Virus record (IMG/VR): IMGVR_UViG_3300025010_000005 | Coordinates: 36,705-100,704 of that record | Strand: one strand, 5' to 3' | Length of the DNA stretch: 64,000 nt | Source of the DNA: a virus | Shown: positions 62,874-64,000 of the stretch, piece after piece | How positions within the stretch are numbered: the stretch's first letter is position 1 | How the letters are laid out: each line of letters opens with the position of its first letter | Notes under the pieces: generated by a model | Told to the model about the DNA's origin: nothing | Database searches by the model: none | Seen by the model: the letters and a program-made list of their open reading frames with translations, nothing else | Made by a program: the position numbers and the translations under genes

Positions 62874-64000
62874 TTGGGTCTTTTTAAAACAGAATTAGCA
62901 TATAAAACATGGAAAAGTAAATATCAATATGGAAATGAAACAGAATTAGAAACGTTTGAACGTGTGGCAAAGTCAGCATCTTTAATTGAAAAAAAAGAAG
63001 ATCAAGAATATTGGTACAATAGGTTTATTAACACACTTATAAGATTTGAAAAGGGTGAAGCCATTGGTCTTAAATGCACACCAGGCGGACGAATTACTGC
63101 CAATGTTGGGACGCATTATAAATCAACAACTATTGCCAATTGTTTTATAAATGGCCCTGTATCTGATGCAAAAGTAAATTATACCAGAAAAGTTCCAAAT
63201 ACTGATCTGGAAATTCCTTGTGAGATTGTTGGGGAGAACACTCCAGATAATCTTGTTAACATTATGTTAACTATTCTTGAACAAGCAGAAACGCTTAAAT
63301 CAGAAGGTGGATATGGAATCAACTTTGATTTTATTCGCCCTCGTAGTTCCATTATCGAAGGTATTGGTATTAAACACCCAGGAGTTGTTTCATATATGAC
63401 ACTTTGGGATAAAGTTGCTGAAATTATTGTTCAAAGTGATGCAGACGGATATGATGACAAACTAAAAAATTATATTCCAAATATCACAATGATTCAATCG
63501 GAAAAATTAAAGAAAATGGCCAGAAAAGGTGCAATGCTCTCCGCTCTATCAATCTCTCATCCTGATATTGAAGAATATATTAGAGCAAAACAATCCTCTG
63601 GTAAACTTACAAAATTTAATATGTCTGTTTTGGTAGATGATGAGTTTATGGAAGCTATAGAATATGATAAATTCTATAATCTTAGATTCAATGGAAAAAT
63701 ATACAAAGTTGTAAAAGCCAGAGAATTATATGATTTGATTATGGAATCAACATATAATAAAGCAGAGCCAGGAATTTTATTTCAAGACAATATGTCCGCA
63801 AATAATCCAATTGAATATCTAGGAACTGCTAATTGTACAAATCCATGCGGAGAAATTCCTGGAAATCCACACACTTCAACAGTTTGTAATCTAGGTAGCA
63901 TAAATCTAACTCAATATGTTAAATCAGATAGAACATTCGATTTTGTCATGTATCAAGAGGACATTAAGGTTTTCACAAGAATGATGGATAATTTTTGTGA
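62874..64000 (+). CDS. ribonucleotide reductase large subunit (class II NrdJ-like or class I alpha), truncated by window end
   Basis: GGAGG SD, TTG start; TPGGR, NCF, GGYGINF..IRP, FNMSV, AEPGILF, TNPCGE, CNLGSINL; no ATP cone. Confidence 0.92.
   Translation, partial: MGLFKTELAYKTWKSKYQYGNETELETFERVAKSASLIEKKEDQEYWYNRFINTLIRFEKGEAIGLKCTPGGRITANVGTHYKSTTIANCFINGPVSDAKVNYTRKVPNTDLEIPCEIVGENTPDNLVNIMLTILEQAETLKSEGGYGINFDFIRPRSSIIEGIGIKHPGVVSYMTLWDKVAEIIVQSDADGYDDKLKNYIPNITMIQSEKLKKMARKGAMLSALSISHPDIEEYIRAKQSSGKLTKFNMSVLVDDEFMEAIEYDKFYNLRFNGKIYKVVKARELYDLIMESTYNKAEPGILFQDNMSANNPIEYLGTANCTNPCGEIPGNPHTSTVCNLGSINLTQYVKSDRTFDFVMYQEDIKVFTRMMDNFC

Overview
This window is a 64-kb AT-rich segment of a large contractile-tailed (myovirus-like) phage genome; no spanins or integrase are visible, and the host is not identifiable from sequence alone. 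From left to right it contains: small + strand ORFs; about 1 kb of non-coding DNA and a GC-rich island (about 1.96-3.54 kb) with sigma70/sigmaA promoters, possibly a genome end or first-injected region; a minus-strand accessory block (lytic transglycosylase, a candidate ~390-nt structured RNA, RNase H, ferredoxin-thioredoxin reductase, SLOG, HAD); a + strand morphogenesis arm (protease/scaffold, endonuclease, capsid, neck, sheath, four tube paralogs, tape measure, baseplate, two paralogous fibers, beta-helix spike, endolysin, holins); a convergent minus-strand arm (ThyX, glycosyltransferase, split DNA methyltransferase, ClpP, TerS, TerL, portal, protease, three more glycosyltransferases and a methyltransferase); a promoter-dense divergence region at 49.0-49.6 kb; a cluster of 25 tRNAs with interspersed structured elements; and DNA-metabolism genes ending in a truncated ribonucleotide reductase. 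The most notable observations are: (1) an otherwise intact DNA methyltransferase whose DPPY motif is split by an 11-nt stop-containing insert that pairs with the gene's own ribosome-binding site in a ~29-bp stem, a candidate regulated ribosomal hop; (2) an HNH gene plus a replacement tRNA-Thr(UGU) nested inside the anticodon loop of an older tRNA-Thr; (3) a ~390-nt pseudoknotted RNA candidate; (4) a probable -1 frameshift extension of the holin. All structures and counts were read by eye; no searches were run.
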